A stretch of 64,000 nt of DNA from an uncultured cyanobacterium (GTDB lineage: Bacteria > Cyanobacteriota > Cyanobacteriia > Pseudanabaenales > Pseudanabaenaceae). Numbering within the stretch: position 1 is the stretch's first letter; the number at the start of each line of letters is the position of its first letter. The notes beneath the pieces were generated by a model. That model saw only the letters and a program-made list of their open reading frames with translations, was not told the origin of the DNA and did no database searches. Shown one piece after another: positions 61,138-64,000 of this stretch. The translations under genes were made by a program, and so were the position numbers. Location of the stretch: contig OY969811.1 in the NCBI GenBank assembly GCA_963703315.1, positions 4,352,001 through 4,416,000 of the forward strand. Direction: 5' to 3'.

Positions 61138-61842
61138 TTATGTAGAGACTGAGGCTCTAACTTTGCCACAGTTTAGGTTAGCAGGGACGGCTTCCATAAT
61201 AAATCTGGGATTTGGGAGATTGAGATTACCCATCAAATCGACAAATTGATTGATGTCTATACCTGCAAATCGAGGATTCCATTGTTTCTCTTCCGCGATC
61301 GTGGATACAGTCATGCCTCGATAGTCATGTCCTGGATAGACAAAGGTTGCATCTGGTAACTTAAATAAACGTTGGGTTACTGATTCGTAGAGGGTTACAG
61401 CACTACCACTCTGAAAGTCCGTGCGACCACAACCGCGAATTAAGAGAGCATCTCCTGTAAACAAATGAGTCCGATTAGCGAGATATGCCATGTGACTGTC
61501 GGTGTGTCCAGGAGTAGCGATCACCTGAATTTCCACATTGCCGATCGACAATACTTCTTGATCTTGTAGACGGCGATCGGCGCAACTAACATCAGCATTG
61601 CTCGGCACAACTCCCAAGCATCCTGTTAACTCTCGCAACTTGGCAGTGCCAGTAATATGATCGGCGTGAACATGGGTTTCTAGGCAATAACGTAGGCTTA
61701 GCCCTAACTGCTTAATCAGATTTAAGTCACGTTCGGTCTGACTAAGAACGGGATCGATTAGAGTCGCTTCCTTTGTTTGTTGATCGGCAACTAAATAGGT
61801 ATAGGTACTAGTTTCAGAATCAAAAAGCTGGCGAAATAACAT
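61138..61842 (-). CDS. Persulfide dioxygenase (ETHE1-like MBL fold)
   Basis: MLFRQLFD...TYTYL, ETHVHADHITG, TPGHT, FTGDALLIRGCGRTDFQ, YPGHDY. Confidence 0.9.
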   Translation of the reverse strand: MLFRQLFDSETSTYTYLVADQQTKEATLIDPVLSQTERDLNLIKQLGLSLRYCLETHVHADHITGTAKLRELTGCLGVVPSNADVSCADRRLQDQEVLSIGNVEIQVIATPGHTDSHMAYLANRTHLFTGDALLIRGCGRTDFQSGSAVTLYESVTQRLFKLPDATFVYPGHDYRGMTVSTIAEEKQWNPRFAGIDINQFVDLMGNLNLPNPRFIMEAVPANLNCGKVRASVST

Positions 61843-62002
61843 CAAGACCACCTATCTTTTAACCTTTGTTTAACTATACTACCATATAGTAATACAATGT
61901 CAAGCTTTTCTATGGCTATATGACACAACCCCAGAAGTAGATTTGCGGCGCGGAGCGCCGCAAATCTACTTCTGGGGTTTTAACTCTTGCTTTGCTATTG
62001 CT

Positions 62003-62045
62003 TAAAAAAATAGAGGCGGCGCTTTGCGCCGCCTCTATTTTTTTA
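62003..62045. terminator. Hairpin at the prk 3' end
   Basis: taaaaaaatagaggcggcgc-ttt-gcgccgcctctattttttta overlaps the prk stop codon. Confidence 0.7.
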
Positions 62046-63044
62046 AGCAGCAACAAGCTGCTCCGTTTTTTGAGTTAGACGCTCAAAGGTTGCTCGCATC
62101 TTCAAACCCACGATGACTTGTAATAGACCAGTCCCATTGTTAGAACCAGGATAATCAGGATGCCTGCGTAAAAGCTCCGTCAACTCACCGTAATACTTGG
62201 TATTCAAGCTACTGAGATGGTTTTCGAGATACACCACTTCCTCAAGGCGATCGAATTGTCCATCAATTTCTAATACACTCGCAGGGTGACCGAGCCAACT
62301 ATCAGGTCCCGAAAATAGCTTAATTCCGGGATAAGAACAAGTCAGCTTTGTGCCACAGGGAATCCAAGAAATAGTTGAACCCTCATCAAATAGATAGGCG
62401 GGTTTCAAACCTTCCACATCATTGCGCTGCACCAGACGGACTTTTAATACTTTGCGATCGCTGTCACTGGCAATCAAATTAGTGGGCAGAATTTGGATGA
62501 CCATATTTGCATAGGCTTTTTGAGGATCAATATAGGCATCAAAGTCTGGTCGGCGCGAGGCGATCGCCTGAATCACATCGGCAAGAGTATGACCACGTTC
62601 TGCCATATCCCGTTGGATCTTCCAAGCAACTTTAACTTCATCACTGAGATCGAGATAAATACTGAAATCGAGCAAATCGCGAACACGTTGGTCATAGAGT
62701 GGATGTAGCCCCTCGATCACAACTACTTTGTTTGGGGTAATCAATTCAGGAGGATCGATCATTCCTGTTTCATGGTTGTAAATGGGTTTCCACACCGATT
62801 TACCCTCTTTGAGAGCTTTCACCTGCTCATACATCAAGTCAAAATTATTGGCTCGTGGATCAAGGGCAGTAATACCCGTTTCCTTGCGTTGCTTGCGATC
62901 GAGGCTGTGATAGTCATCTAGACAGATCACAGTCATAAATTCTTCGCCAAATAAATCTTTTAGTCTTCCTAAAAATGTGGATTTTCCGCAACCAGAGTCA
63001 CCTGCAACTCCAATCACAACAACACGGGTGGGATTACTACTCAT
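62043..63044 (-). CDS. prk: Phosphoribulokinase
   Basis: GVAGDSGCGKST, ICLDDYHSLDR, EGLHP, IQRDMAERGH, WIPCGTKLTCSYPG. Confidence 0.97.
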   Translation of the reverse strand: MSSNPTRVVVIGVAGDSGCGKSTFLGRLKDLFGEEFMTVICLDDYHSLDRKQRKETGITALDPRANNFDLMYEQVKALKEGKSVWKPIYNHETGMIDPPELITPNKVVVIEGLHPLYDQRVRDLLDFSIYLDLSDEVKVAWKIQRDMAERGHTLADVIQAIASRRPDFDAYIDPQKAYANMVIQILPTNLIASDSDRKVLKVRLVQRNDVEGLKPAYLFDEGSTISWIPCGTKLTCSYPGIKLFSGPDSWLGHPASVLEIDGQFDRLEEVVYLENHLSSLNTKYYGELTELLRRHPDYPGSNNGTGLLQVIVGLKMRATFERLTQKTEQLVAA

Positions 63045-63265
63045 GATGATGTACCACTCCTAAAAAATAAAGGTGTTTACTATAAAAAATATAAAAATGT
63101 GTTTATTAATACTTTTGATATAGCATCAAATCTAGCAAAAAGAGATGACTATCTAGGTTTAATTTTAATTTAACTTTAATAATTACTATTGTTTGTGAGT
63201 TTCAAGTAAAAATAAAACGTAGATTCTAATGATTAGAGTTATGTGTAAATGTTGCGATCGCCATT

Positions 63266-64000
63266 ATGAACTTAATACTCACAAAATTTAAACTGCCAGA
63301 TTTGCGAAAATTAATTAACTTTGGGAAATACTTTCTGATTTCCTTAATAATTCTACTGAGCTTGCATCTTGTCGCCCATGCAAATAATCCTGAAGTAATC
63401 ATTCAGCCTGAATGGACGGTTGATTTAAAAGCGAGTACAGAACTCATTACGACTGGTGAGCAGGTATTTGTGATTGAGGATCTGAAGTATAGTGGAGAGC
63501 CAAAAGATTATTCGGCAACTTTATTTGCGATTAATACTAGGTCAGGAAAAGTGCAATGGCGACAGAAATTACCATTTCGTCAAAATCCTGGTAGTCGCCA
63601 GTTAATTTTAGAGAATGGAACTATTTATACCAGTCATGATGATGGCGTTACGGGATTTAATCTTAAAACTGGTTCTCCTAAAACATCTTTTAAGTATCTA
63701 AATATAAATAGTAGTGGTAGTCGCGATCGCTTGATAGGGATACATCAGGATATCGTCGTATATGGTGATTCTATACCACTCGATAAAAGTGACTTTAGTC
63801 GCACAGAATATCAAACAAAAGTATTTGGCATCACTAAAGATAAAACTATCTGGTCATATCAACTTCCTAAAAATGGGTTGATTGGTGGTATTTCGGCAAT
63901 CGAGCCAATGGTACAGAATGGAATTCTCTTTTTACCTTCTCGTCACAACACAACCGCAGGTGGGATTGAACAATTTACAGGGATGGATGTTACATCAGGT
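63266..64000 (+). CDS. PQQ-like beta-propeller protein (runs off the window; not in the ORF track)
   Basis: Own translation from ATG 63266: signal-like FLISLIILLSLHLVAHA, then LFAINTRSGKVQWR, GFNLKTG, GMDVTSG; open to the end of the window. Confidence 0.75.
   Translation, partial: MNLILTKFKLPDLRKLINFGKYFLISLIILLSLHLVAHANNPEVIIQPEWTVDLKASTELITTGEQVFVIEDLKYSGEPKDYSATLFAINTRSGKVQWRQKLPFRQNPGSRQLILENGTIYTSHDDGVTGFNLKTGSPKTSFKYLNINSSGSRDRLIGIHQDIVVYGDSIPLDKSDFSRTEYQTKVFGITKDKTIWSYQLPKNGLIGGISAIEPMVQNGILFLPSRHNTTAGGIEQFTGMDVTSG

Noticed and set aside
1..64000. HIP1 (GCGATCGC) over-representation as a novelty
   Set aside because: Well-known cyanobacterial feature; used here only as a marker of native versus acquired DNA.

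Overview
Chromosomal window from a cyanobacterium. The evidence is the very frequent HIP1 octamer GCGATCGC plus psb27, ccaA, prk, cphA and clpR/clpP; gene content and repeat style suggest Pseudanabaena-like (inference). Most of it is housekeeping: leuB, psb27, ccaA, nemA-like reductase, desC, phoU, cphA, menC, clpR/clpP, rnhB, gcvH, larC, queG, natD, a persulfide-detox operon and prk. Accessory parts: (i) an island at ~11.5-15.6 kb with truncated higB/higA, a PD-(D/E)xK-like gene, a divergent TcmP-like SAM-binding protein / SPL-like radical SAM pair (the radical SAM gene has one in-frame stop), and a brnT/brnA module bracketed by HIP1-rich direct repeats; (ii) a TetR regulator fused to a degenerate tyrosine-recombinase domain, divergent from desC, with twin palindromic operators between them; (iii) a 2849-aa RTX/RHS protein with an internal Cys-rich HExxH cargo and a 669-bp tandem duplication; (iv) a P-loop ATPase + TPR + orphan hicB cluster. 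Intergenic DNA is crowded with perfect hairpins closed by 3-nt loops and with at least four families of small inverted-repeat elements, one nested in another with a TA duplication. larC is split at an A9 run into the -1 frame. I saw no rRNA, tRNA, CRISPR array or transposase. All family assignments come from motif recognition, not from database searches.
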